Both the position numbers and the translations under genes were made by a program. From the NCBI GenBank assembly GCA_943359365.1, contig CALRHG010000001.1, forward strand, positions 1-62,813: a stretch of 62,813 nt of DNA. The letters are read 5' to 3'. The notes beneath the pieces were generated by a model that did not search any database, had not been told where the DNA came from, and saw nothing but the letters and a program-made list of their open reading frames with translations. Source of the DNA: Candidatus Nomurabacteria bacterium. Its GTDB lineage: Bacteria; Patescibacteriota; Minisyncoccia; Phycocordibacterales; UBA9973. Below are positions 36,698 to 44,994 of the stretch, piece after piece (positions within the stretch are counted from its first letter, which is position 1; each line of letters begins with the position of its first letter).

Positions 36698-37694
36698 TTC
36701 TGTAAATGGAGAGAAGGGTATAGAGCAAGCTTATGGCTAAAGGTCCTACCAAAACACCAACTGGGCCTAAAAGCGCAATTCCGCCGAGCACTGAAAAAAG
36801 AATCAGAAGCGAGGATATATTTATTTTTTTGCCGACGACGTAAGGACCCAGTAAATTGTCGATCATTCCCACCATAACGCCCGCCCAGATCAGGAGGCCG
36901 ACAGCAGCCCCAGTCTGTCCTGTGGCAAAAAGGAAAATAATCGCCGGAACTGAGACCAAGGAAGTTCCCAAAGTTGGTATGAGAGATGTGATAGCCGCTA
37001 CCACACCCCAAAGGGCGGCATTTTGAATACCAAACATCCATAAACCAAGCCCCATCAAGGCACCCTGAATCAGAGCTATAAAAAGGGATCCTTTAATGAC
37101 TCCGTTTACAGCTTGTGCCAGCCTATGAATTATTTTTTCGTCGTCTTTGTCTCCGAGCGGGGAAAGCGCAATAATGGCTTTTCTCCAATGTGCTCCGTCT
37201 TTTAGGACATAGAAGATTATTAAGAGCATCAGTACGAAGGAAACGAAAGCAGTGACTGTGGTGGTGAATATGCTAGCTATGTTGTTTGAAAAGTAAGAAA
37301 CAAATTCCGTCATTTTTTCATTAATGTCGAAATTTAGACCATCCGGCAAGATATTGTTTATTTGAGTTTCTATAGAACTCATGAGCGGACCGGTGCCTTT
37401 ATTATCTATGACTATCTGGTTGTAAAGATTTTGGCTTTGTTTGAAAACTATCGTACCGATGCCTAAAAGCGGACCGCAAAGTACTATTATAAAAAGAAGC
37501 ACGGTTATAAACGATGAAAGCCAGTTTGGCAAACCCTTTTTCTCGAACCATTCATATATGGGAAAGAGGACGATAGAAAAACAAGTTCCCAGCACGAGGA
37601 CTACCCAAAAAGGGCGGAAAATTAAGAAAGTGAAAACAAAGGTCGCCGCTAGCAGTCCGAAGAAAAAATACCTCTCTATGATTTTTGATTGCAT
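36672..37694 (-). CDS. AI-2E family transporter (PerM/UPF0118)
   Basis: Polytopic membrane protein with a family-typical pattern. I trimmed the start to ATG 37694 (MQSKIIERYFFFG), because the longer track ORF runs into the rplU start and a TGcTATAAT lies 6 nt upstream of 37694. Confidence 0.7.
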   Translation of the reverse strand: MQSKIIERYFFFGLLAATFVFTFLIFRPFWVVLVLGTCFSIVLFPIYEWFEKKGLPNWLSSFITVLLFIIVLCGPLLGIGTIVFKQSQNLYNQIVIDNKGTGPLMSSIETQINNILPDGLNFDINEKMTEFVSYFSNNIASIFTTTVTAFVSFVLMLLIIFYVLKDGAHWRKAIIALSPLGDKDDEKIIHRLAQAVNGVIKGSLFIALIQGALMGLGLWMFGIQNAALWGVVAAITSLIPTLGTSLVSVPAIIFLFATGQTGAAVGLLIWAGVMVGMIDNLLGPYVVGKKINISSLLILFSVLGGIALLGPVGVLVGPLAISLLYTLLSIYRNEFRQNTQ

Positions 37695-37784
37695 ATAGGT
37701 ATTATAGCAGAGACCTTGCCCCGTACCAAGCTGGCTTTGGTGCGGGGTTGCCTTTTTGTGAAATTTCATATAGTATACAACAAT

Positions 37785-38111
37785 ATGAATACAGCGGAAT
37801 TCGCAGTTATACAAACAGGCGGCAAGCAATACAAAGTCTCCGAAGGGAGCCTTGTTTCTATTGAGAAAATAACCGGAGAATATCAGAAGGGGGATAAGAT
37901 TGCTTTCGATAAAGTCCTGCTCGTCGATGACGGTAAAAACACTACTATTGGCACTCCGTATATCACTGGCGCCAAGGTGGACGCAGAAATTGTGGAAATA
38001 GGCCGCGCAAGAAAAATCCTAGTTGTAAAATACAAGCAAAAGTCTCGCTATTTGCGCCGCAACGGCCACCGCCAGCCTTTCTTTAAGGTTAAGATTACTT
38101 CTATAAAATAA
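37785..38111 (+). CDS. rplU: 50S ribosomal protein L21
   Basis: MNTAEFAVIQTGGKQYKVSEG... I trimmed the start from the track ORF (37689) to the conserved N-terminus. Confidence 0.9.
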   Translation: MNTAEFAVIQTGGKQYKVSEGSLVSIEKITGEYQKGDKIAFDKVLLVDDGKNTTIGTPYITGAKVDAEIVEIGRARKILVVKYKQKSRYLRRNGHRQPFFKVKITSIK

Positions 38112-38112
38112 A

Positions 38113-38724
38113 CTACTGCCTATTTTTTAACGCATTTTTGAGAGTGTCGTTGTCTGAATATTCGAGCTCGGTTCCGGTAGAGAGGCCTTTGCCTAGTGAG
38201 GAAATTTTTATGCTGGATTTTTCGGCTATGCTTTTTAGCTGTTCGCGGACATAGGTGTCAGTATGGTCGCCCTGCGGGCTTAGGGAAAATGCCAGGATTA
38301 TTTCTTTTAGTCCTTCTGCTTTCGATATTTTTTGTTTTAACTCCTCGATTCTAATTCTACTTTTGGTATTTTTCTCGACAATCGGCACCAGTCCACCCAG
38401 AACAAAATATTTACCGTGATATACTCGGCTTTTTTTCACCGATTCTAAATCAGAATCTTTTTCGACAATCATCAGGATGGAGGAGTCTGTGTTTGCGTTT
38501 GCGCATATGTCGCACAACTTTTCTTTTTGTCTGTCCAAAATAAAAAATCTGAAACATTCTCGGCATTGTGCTATTTCCTTTTTTAAATCAGACATCAGGC
38601 CGGACAAATTTTCCGCATACGCCGGGCTTTTGTGCATCAAAAAGTAGACGAAGCGCCGAGCCTGCCGTTCGCCAATGCCGGGAAATTCTTTAAAAACTTC
38701 TGTCAATTTGTCTATAATGTCCAT
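38113..38724 (-). CDS. recR: recombination protein RecR
   Basis: FPGIGERQARRFVYFL HhH motif, C4 zinc finger (CRECFRF...CDIC) and a Toprim domain. Confidence 0.9.
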   Translation of the reverse strand: MDIIDKLTEVFKEFPGIGERQARRFVYFLMHKSPAYAENLSGLMSDLKKEIAQCRECFRFFILDRQKEKLCDICANANTDSSILMIVEKDSDLESVKKSRVYHGKYFVLGGLVPIVEKNTKSRIRIEELKQKISKAEGLKEIILAFSLSPQGDHTDTYVREQLKSIAEKSSIKISSLGKGLSTGTELEYSDNDTLKNALKNRQ

Positions 38725-38741
38725 GCCCTCATTCTAACACA

Positions 38742-40157
38742 TTAGAATTCATCCAAATCTCCCTTGACTCTAGCTGGAGCAAAATCACTGATGTTGCTTT
38801 TCTCTAGATTTTGGAAAGTTGTAGTTTTCTCATCAAAATAAAGATCAATTTTTCCGGTCGGTCCATTGCGGTGTTTTTCAATCAAAATTTCAACAATGTT
38901 GGTTTTTTCTGATTCGTCTTTTCCTTTGTCGTCTCGGTGCAGGAACATCACCACATCCGCATCCTGCTCGATGGAGCCGGAGTCGCGCAGGTCAGAGAGT
39001 CTTGGCTTGCCGCCGCGAGATTCGACTGCGCGGGAGAGCTGGGAAAGGGCGAGCACCGGCACATCGAGCTCTTTGGCGAGACTTTTTAATGATCTGGAAA
39101 TTTCCGTCACTTGGTTGACCATCGAATCATAATTTTTAGAAGTCGTCATGAGCTGCAAGTAGTCGACGACGATCAGGTCGAGACCTTTTTCCGCTTTCAG
39201 ACGGCGAGAGAGCGCTTTCATTCTGACTATGGAATTTCCGGGCTGGTCGTCAATATAAATTTTCGCCTTGGCGAGTTTATCAAGCGAATCACGAAGCTGG
39301 GCGAATTCTTTATCCGAAGAAAGCCGGCCTGTGCGAAGGTTCCAAGCGTTCACTCGGCTTTCAGCTGAAAGCATTCTGTCCACCAATTGCTGGGAAGACA
39401 TTTCCAGGGAGAATATGACAACTGATTTATCATGAGTCGTCGCGGACATGCGAGCGATGTCGAGCGCCATGGTGGTTTTACCCATACTCGGCCTTGCCGC
39501 GAGAATAACTAAATCGGACTTTTGCAAACCGGAGAGCATGTTGTCCAAGTCTTTGAATCCCGTCGGCAGTCCGCGAAGCATGCCTTTGTTTTCGTGCAAT
39601 TTTTCTAATCGCTCATAGGCTTCCGGCAGAGCGTCCTTCAAGTTTACAAATTTTTGATTTTTTGGAGAGGATACTACGGAAAAAACTTTTTTCTCCGCCA
39701 TGTCTAAAATGTCATCCATATGATCATCACCTTCTTCAAATGCTAGTTCTGAGACGAAGTCTGCTGCCTCGATCAAGCTTCGCAGAACATATTTTTTCTG
39801 TACGATATCCGCATAGTGCTTGATGTTGGTCGAAGAGGGAACTACATTTACGATCTCCGCGAGGTACACATTGCCTCCTATGTTATCAAGTATTTTTTTC
39901 TCGCCAAGCTTGGTGGAGAGTGAAAGCATGTCTATCGGCTCGTTTTTATTTGCGAGGTCGAGCATTGCCTGAAAAATCATTTTGTGTTTTTCCACGTAAA
40001 AAGAATCCGGAGTGACCATGTCTTCAACTTCGTGCATCGCGTCCTTGCGGAGCATGATTGAGCCCAAGACCGCCTGCTCAGACTCGATGCTTTGCGGCGG
40101 GATACGCAAGTTACTTACTTTATTTTTTTTAACTACTTTTGTGTCCGGTTTTGCCAT
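38742..40157 (-). CDS. dnaB: replicative DNA helicase DnaB
   Basis: PPQSIESEQAVLGSIM, Walker A ARPSMGKTT, IVVDYLQLM. I prefer ATG 40157 (MAKPD..) because TTGACA-N15-TGcTAGAAT ends 7 nt upstream. The track start 40166 lies inside that -10 element. Confidence 0.9.
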   Translation of the reverse strand: MAKPDTKVVKKNKVSNLRIPPQSIESEQAVLGSIMLRKDAMHEVEDMVTPDSFYVEKHKMIFQAMLDLANKNEPIDMLSLSTKLGEKKILDNIGGNVYLAEIVNVVPSSTNIKHYADIVQKKYVLRSLIEAADFVSELAFEEGDDHMDDILDMAEKKVFSVVSSPKNQKFVNLKDALPEAYERLEKLHENKGMLRGLPTGFKDLDNMLSGLQKSDLVILAARPSMGKTTMALDIARMSATTHDKSVVIFSLEMSSQQLVDRMLSAESRVNAWNLRTGRLSSDKEFAQLRDSLDKLAKAKIYIDDQPGNSIVRMKALSRRLKAEKGLDLIVVDYLQLMTTSKNYDSMVNQVTEISRSLKSLAKELDVPVLALSQLSRAVESRGGKPRLSDLRDSGSIEQDADVVMFLHRDDKGKDESEKTNIVEILIEKHRNGPTGKIDLYFDEKTTTFQNLEKSNISDFAPARVKGDLDEF

Positions 40158-40250
40158 AGTGCCCATTCTAGCATAGTGAAAAAATTGTCAAACTCACTAA
40201 GTGCGTAAAACTGTTACTAAAATGGGGACAAATATGCTAATATATTCCGT

Positions 40251-41210
40251 ATGAGTAAAAAAGTAATATTGTCAGGCATCCAATCTTCCGGAAGAGCTCA
40301 TATCGGCAACTATTTTGGGGCAATGAAGCAGTTTGTTGATTTATCCGAAACCTACGATTGTTATATTTTTATAGCCGACTATCACGCATTGCATTCTCTG
40401 CAAAATCCGAAAGAAATGAAAGAAAATATTACTAACCTGCTTTTAGATTATCTTGCCGTTGGCCTTGATCCCAAAAAAGTAACCCTTTTTAAGCAGAGCG
40501 ATGTTTCAGAGCATACAGAGCTCTGCTGGATTTTTGACACTATCACAACGATGCCATATCTGATGCGGGCACACGCTTTCAAAGATGCCGAGGCAAAGAA
40601 TAAAGAAATAGTTGTGGGAACTTTCAATTACCCAATGCTTCAAGCGGCTGATATTTTATTGTATAGTCCGGATGTCGTGCCGGTGGGGCAGGATCAAAGG
40701 CAGCATGTGGAAATTTCCCGCGATACAGCGGAAAAATTTAATAGAATTTACGGCCAAGGAGGTCAGACTTTCAAAATACCAGAGCCCTTGATTATGGATG
40801 CTGTAGCAGTAGTGCCGGGAACTGACGGGCGCAAAATGAGCAAGAGCTACGGCAACACCATTCCGCTTTTCGCCGAATATGAAGAAATAAAAAAAGCGGT
40901 GATGAGTATTGTCACGGATTCTAGCGAAGGAGTCCCAAAGAATGTTTACGCGATACATAGCCTGATTCGTTCTGCGGTAGAACTCGATCCGATTTATAAA
41001 AGTAAAACAGGAAAATATAAAGAACTAAAAGAGCTTCTTATCGAAGATTTGGAAAAATTCATCGCGCCGCTGCGAGAAAAGCGAAAAGCATTCGAAAAAG
41101 ATATTCCCAAAGCGCTAGCAATACTCAAAGCTGGCGGAGAAAAAGCTAAAAAAGTCGCTTCAGCGAAAATGGCTGAAGTGCGGGAGAAAATCGGGGTTCA
41201 AGTGTACTAG
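40251..41210 (+). CDS. trpS: tryptophan--tRNA ligase
   Basis: GIQSSGRAHIGNYFG (HIGH-type motif) and KMSKS. Confidence 0.95.
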   Translation: MSKKVILSGIQSSGRAHIGNYFGAMKQFVDLSETYDCYIFIADYHALHSLQNPKEMKENITNLLLDYLAVGLDPKKVTLFKQSDVSEHTELCWIFDTITTMPYLMRAHAFKDAEAKNKEIVVGTFNYPMLQAADILLYSPDVVPVGQDQRQHVEISRDTAEKFNRIYGQGGQTFKIPEPLIMDAVAVVPGTDGRKMSKSYGNTIPLFAEYEEIKKAVMSIVTDSSEGVPKNVYAIHSLIRSAVELDPIYKSKTGKYKELKELLIEDLEKFIAPLREKRKAFEKDIPKALAILKAGGEKAKKVASAKMAEVREKIGVQVY

Positions 41211-41212
41211 CC

Positions 41213-41512
41213 ATGAAACACAAAAATAAAAAAATTCCGGAATATAAGCATGAGCTGGTAGAAATTTTCTCCAAAATTCACGGAGATAAAAATTTTATGG
41301 CGGAATTTCTAAAGGATATTCTGACTCCGGCGGAATTCGAGACTATGGCTTTGCGCTGGCAAATAGTAAAAAAGATAGATAAGGGCGAGACTCACAGGTC
41401 CATAGCAGGGGATTTAGGTCTAGGAATAAGCACAGTCACCCGCGGTTCTCGCGAACTTCGCAACAAAAACGGCGGGTTTCATCTGATGTTGAAGAAACTC
41501 GGAAATAAATAG
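41213..41512 (+). CDS. Trp-repressor-like protein (TrpR / YerC-YecD family)
   Basis: LTPAEFETMALRWQIVKKIDKGETHRSIAGDLGLGISTVTRGSRELRN. It starts 2 nt after the trpS stop. Confidence 0.7.
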   Translation: MKHKNKKIPEYKHELVEIFSKIHGDKNFMAEFLKDILTPAEFETMALRWQIVKKIDKGETHRSIAGDLGLGISTVTRGSRELRNKNGGFHLMLKKLGNK

Positions 41513-41542
41513 CAGGAAATCAAAACGAAGAGTTGTCCACAG

Positions 41543-41589
41543 ATGCAATTTGCATTATTTTTTTGTCCTGTTATCATGTACTAGTACAT
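41543..41589 (+). promoter_or_regulatory. promoter with two palindromes, including a TrpR-type operator candidate
   Basis: -35 TTGCAT (41550-41555) lies inside the palindrome ATGCAAtTTGCAT. After a 16-nt spacer comes TGt-TATCAT (41569-41577). The perfect 14-bp palindrome ATGTACTAGTACAT (41576-41589) overlaps the -10 and the start site. Confidence 0.6.
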
Positions 41590-41625
41590 AGATACAAGAG
41601 ATTTGATGTTCTTTAGAAAGGATTT

Positions 41626-41793
41626 ATGGCAGAGATTCAAGTTTCCGATGATGAAATTAGGGCTCATATAAGAAAAAGGGGTCCTGTGGGTGTGGCCGAT
41701 TGGGGGCCAAGAAGAACTCTTGACTGGGAAGTAGCTAAGAGAGAACTAATTGCGCTCAAGGCAAAGAGCGCAGAAAGAAAGGAGATAAAATAA
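41626..41793 (+). CDS. 55-aa hypothetical ORF in the trp leader region (not in the ORF track)
   Basis: Manual translation gives MAEIQVSDDEIRAHIRKRGPVGVADWGPRRTLDWEVAKRELIALKAKSAERKEIK*. A weak AAAGGA precedes it and a 9-bp hairpin (41803-41831) follows. Confidence 0.3.
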   Translation: MAEIQVSDDEIRAHIRKRGPVGVADWGPRRTLDWEVAKRELIALKAKSAERKEIK

Positions 41794-41857
41794 TTTTTTG
41801 GTGGGTGTCGATTGTTATGCAGTCGGCACCCATCCATTATTAAAATTAAACAAAACA

Positions 41858-41929
41858 ATGAAAACAAAATTTAAATTAAAAAAATCTTGGTGGAGCGCAG
41901 AAAATATAGTTCTTGCGCTGTTTTGTTGA
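41858..41929 (+). CDS. trpL: trp leader peptide candidate with tandem Trp codons (23 aa)
   Basis: Manual translation gives MKTKFKLKKSWWSAENIVLALFC*, with TGG TGG at 41888-41893. Compare E. coli TrpL, [14 protein letters not shown]. Confidence 0.6.
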   Translation: MKTKFKLKKSWWSAENIVLALFC

Positions 41930-41965
41930 TTTCTTTTTACCTATATAAATAAGGAATCTATTAAG

Positions 41966-41987
41966 AAGCGCGAGAGCGCTTTTTTTG
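41966..41987 (+). terminator. attenuator terminator (segments 3:4) upstream of the trp genes
   Basis: AAGCGC-GAGA-GCGCTT followed by seven T. Segment 3 can alternatively pair with 41910-41919. Confidence 0.65.
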
Positions 41988-42112
41988 TCTGTCATGGGCA
42001 AAAAAAGTTTGTGAAAACTCATACAAAAATTCTCAGGTGCCGGAGTCTACCTTATCTAGTGATTCTGAAATATGGTTCCTTGAAAATTAAATAGGAAGAA
42101 CGAAGGAGTAAG

Positions 42113-42679
42113 ATGTACAACGACACAATGATAATCGCTGAGGTTAAACCAAAATCACCGAATTTCGTCTCAGAAAAGAGTTGGGATGAACTTTTCGAGA
42201 TTGCAGTTTCCGTCGGCGATTGGATATCTATTCACACGCACGAATGGTGGGGAGGATCGTTTGAACTAATTGCAAAAGCCCGTTCTCGCACAAAGAAACC
42301 AATTCTAGCAAAAGGTTTTCACGAGACCGATGAAGATGTAAAACGCGCTCTTTTAATGGGCGCAGATTACGTCTTAATGGTTGGACGAATGCCGAACATT
42401 CATCAAGACAAATGTCTCATCGAACCATACACCGTAGAAGAATTACTCAAAATTCCCGATGGTCTTAAATGTGTATGGAATTCACGAGATATGCGTGCGC
42501 TTATCTCTGGCAGAAAAGAAAGTCCACGAAAATCTTTTGAAGATGTTCGAGTTCTCTGTCCTGATGTTTGGCTCTGCCAAGCGAGCAATCTCAAAACAGC
42601 ACAAGATATTAGCAAAGGGGCAGATGCGGTCTTGGTTGGCACAAACCTCGAAACATTCGCTCAGTCTCTTTGCTCTTAG
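42113..42679 (+). CDS. short, divergent indole-3-glycerol-phosphate-synthase-like protein
   Basis: IIAEVKPKSPN, ISIHTHEWWGGSFE, KPILAKGF, GADYVLMV, LIEPYT, VWNSRDM and GADAVLVGTNL align by eye with TrpC motifs. It is only 188 aa, and the SESG site reads QASN. Strong SD: GAAGGAG. Confidence 0.5.
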   Translation: MYNDTMIIAEVKPKSPNFVSEKSWDELFEIAVSVGDWISIHTHEWWGGSFELIAKARSRTKKPILAKGFHETDEDVKRALLMGADYVLMVGRMPNIHQDKCLIEPYTVEELLKIPDGLKCVWNSRDMRALISGRKESPRKSFEDVRVLCPDVWLCQASNLKTAQDISKGADAVLVGTNLETFAQSLCS

Positions 42680-42709
42680 AAATATTCTGTAAACAATGAA
42701 AGGAAAAAG

Positions 42710-44155
42710 ATGCAAAACTCAAAATTAGAAATATTCAGCAAAAACCGCGAGGCAGCAATCAAGGACAATCGCGCAGTCGCGACACTCATTAGTACTGTCT
42801 CGGGTAAAAAGCTTCCTGATCCGCTCTTGGTTTACAATGCGGTACTTCAAAAAAGTGCGCTTCCAGCCTGTTTGCTCGAAAGCGCAATTCACGACGGCAA
42901 GAAAGGACGATATTCTTTTCTCTGCCCTTACGGTCGGCCGTTTGTCACCATGCGGGAAAAAGAAAGCTTGTCTCCAGTCAAGGAAATGCTTCGAAATAAT
43001 TGCCCGCTTACGCACGAATATCTGCCATTCATTGGTGGAGCTATCGGTCCCATCAACTATGAAGTTACCAGCTTTATAGAAGATACGGTGAAGCCACATT
43101 CGATAGATCCATTCGGTTTGCCGGTCGTTGCATTGTATTTTTTTGATTGTGTCATCGTTTTTGATCATCAAGAAAATCAATTGCATTACGTTGTGAACGT
43201 TCCGACGGCGCTCAGTGCTGAGGAAGGTTACAAGAAGGGATGTTGTATTATCAAAGAGATGAAGCAGTTTGTCTCTGATTCTTCTACAATCCCTATTCCT
43301 TCTGATACAGCTGATCTTGATTCTATCAAGTCCACTCTGTCGGAAGATGAATTCAAAGAAATGGTTGTGAAAGCGAAACGACATATCCTCGCGGGGGATA
43401 TCTTCCAAGTGGTACTGTCACGTCGCCTTTCGGTTCCATTTCAAGGTAACGGGCTCTCGTTCTATAGAGCTTTGCGCAGAAACAATCCTTCGCCGTATTT
43501 ATTCCATATGCGTCTTGATGAAAATTGCAAAAACGCAGTTCTCATCGGAGCGTCTCCGGAAATTATGGTGAACATTCATCATCGAAAGATGACCATTCGG
43601 CCTCTCGCGGGGACGAAAAAACGCGGAGCAACTCCGGAAGAAGACAATCAAATCGAAAAAGCCATGCTCTGCGACGAAAAAGAAACAGCCGAACATCGCA
43701 TGCTTGTCGATCTAGCACGCAACGACATGGGTAAATTTTGTGAAGCAAATTCGATTGAGGTTACTAAGCTTATGCAGGCGGAGTATTTCAAATATATCAT
43801 GCATATCGGGTCAGAAGTTCAGGGTGAGCTTCGTCCAGAGGTCCATCCGCTTGATGCTCTTTTTGGCGTATCGCCAGCAGGGACATTATCTGGATGTCCG
43901 AAAGTTCGGGCACAGCAGATCATCTCGGAGTTTGAGTCTTCACAGAGAGGAGTGTATGGCGGGACTTTCGGTTGGTTAACCGATCAGTCGCTCTATACAT
44001 GCATCTTCATCCGAAGCGCTCTGCTTCTGGAAGATACATTGCATTGGCAAGTCGGCGCCGGAATCGTTTACGATTCTGACCCGCAGTCAGAATATCGGGA
44101 AACTGAAATCAAAGCGATGGGTATTGAAAAATCTCTTCGCGATATGAAAGGTTAA
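42710..44155 (+). CDS. trpE: anthranilate synthase component I
   Basis: LLES..GRYSF N-terminal motif, GDIFQVVLSRR, NPSPYLFH, IRPLAGTKKRG, EHRMLVDLARND, GVYGGTFGW. Confidence 0.85.
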   Translation: MQNSKLEIFSKNREAAIKDNRAVATLISTVSGKKLPDPLLVYNAVLQKSALPACLLESAIHDGKKGRYSFLCPYGRPFVTMREKESLSPVKEMLRNNCPLTHEYLPFIGGAIGPINYEVTSFIEDTVKPHSIDPFGLPVVALYFFDCVIVFDHQENQLHYVVNVPTALSAEEGYKKGCCIIKEMKQFVSDSSTIPIPSDTADLDSIKSTLSEDEFKEMVVKAKRHILAGDIFQVVLSRRLSVPFQGNGLSFYRALRRNNPSPYLFHMRLDENCKNAVLIGASPEIMVNIHHRKMTIRPLAGTKKRGATPEEDNQIEKAMLCDEKETAEHRMLVDLARNDMGKFCEANSIEVTKLMQAEYFKYIMHIGSEVQGELRPEVHPLDALFGVSPAGTLSGCPKVRAQQIISEFESSQRGVYGGTFGWLTDQSLYTCIFIRSALLLEDTLHWQVGAGIVYDSDPQSEYRETEIKAMGIEKSLRDMKG

Positions 44156-44157
44156 TT

Positions 44158-44760
44158 ATGTATAAAAGAAATCAAATGCGGGTTGTGGTGTTGGATCATT
44201 ATGATTCTTTTACTTACAACCTTGTGGTGTTCTTAGAAAAACTTGGCGCTTCAGTTATAGTTTTGAGAACTGACGCTAGTTTGGACGAGATAAAACGGTA
44301 TAACCCAACTCATATTGTCCTTTCGCCTGGACCGGGGCATCCGAAAGATGTTCCGCTCTTTCAGGAAGTGATTGAATACTTCAAGATACATATTCCCATT
44401 CTGGGAGTGTGTCTCGGACATCAAGCGATAGGGCTTAATTGTGGAGCGGAAGTTGAAAAAAGCAGCGCAATCATGCACGGCAAGGTTTCCTCGGTAACCC
44501 ATAATGGTGTGGGAATTTTTCAGGGAATCCTAAGTCCGATCAAAGTTTGCCGATATCACTCTTTGGCGATTGTGGAAAAAAGTATTCCGCGAGGAACACT
44601 TATCATAACTGCTCGGAGTGAAGACGGCACAATCATGAGTGTCGAAAGCAAAAAACACTCAAATGTTATAGGGGTGCAGTTTCATCCCGAATCACTCTTT
44701 ACTGAGCATGGTTCGGCTTTACTTCAAAACTTCCTGAAAATGGAAGTGCGTCCGGCGTAA
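44158..44760 (+). CDS. trpG: anthranilate synthase component II (glutamine amidotransferase)
   Basis: VLDHYDSFTYNLV, GVCLGHQAIG (catalytic Cys), GVQFHPES. Confidence 0.85.
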   Translation: MYKRNQMRVVVLDHYDSFTYNLVVFLEKLGASVIVLRTDASLDEIKRYNPTHIVLSPGPGHPKDVPLFQEVIEYFKIHIPILGVCLGHQAIGLNCGAEVEKSSAIMHGKVSSVTHNGVGIFQGILSPIKVCRYHSLAIVEKSIPRGTLIITARSEDGTIMSVESKKHSNVIGVQFHPESLFTEHGSALLQNFLKMEVRPA

Positions 44761-44795
44761 TCCGGCAACAGATTGGGAAATCTGATTAAATTCTC

Positions 44796-44846
44796 AAAAA
44801 CCAGCAACACCCGAAAAGGAGGAAAAAGTTGCTGGTTTTTTTATTT
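44796..44846 (+). terminator. intrinsic terminator after trpG
   Basis: AAAAACCAGCAAC ... GTTGCTGGTTTTT forms a 13-bp stem, followed by a T-run. Confidence 0.8.
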
Positions 44847-44850
44847 TCGC

Positions 44851-44878
44851 TTGCATTTTTTTGGGGCTTTGATATACT
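44851..44878 (+). promoter_or_regulatory. orphan sigma-70-type promoter
   Basis: TTGCAT (44851-44856), a 16-nt spacer ending in TGa, then TATACT (44873-44878). This is the same layout as the trp promoter. Confidence 0.55.
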
Positions 44879-44994
44879 CTTCTCGTGAATAAAAATATAC
44901 AAGCAAATAGATATTTCTTTTTCAGCTTTAGTCCAAGTCTTGGAAGGCTGATATTTGCGCTGTAAAAACTCTCGAAACAAACTTTACAACCTAA

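Noticed and set aside
36672-37829. Long N-terminal extensions of track ORFs: perM to 37829, rplU from 37689, prs to 50823, response regulator from 52694, dnaB to 40166
   Set aside because: The extensions overlap divergent neighbours or promoter elements and lack family-typical sequence. The conserved N-termini begin at internal ATGs placed 6-8 nt after -10 hexamers.
41795-41930. T-box riboswitch upstream of the trp genes (TGGTGG near a terminator)
   Set aside because: I could not find the T-box consensus (AAnnnGGGTGGnACCnCG) or a specifier-loop architecture. The TGGTGG is in-frame as two Trp codons of a leader ORF, so ribosome-mediated attenuation fits better.
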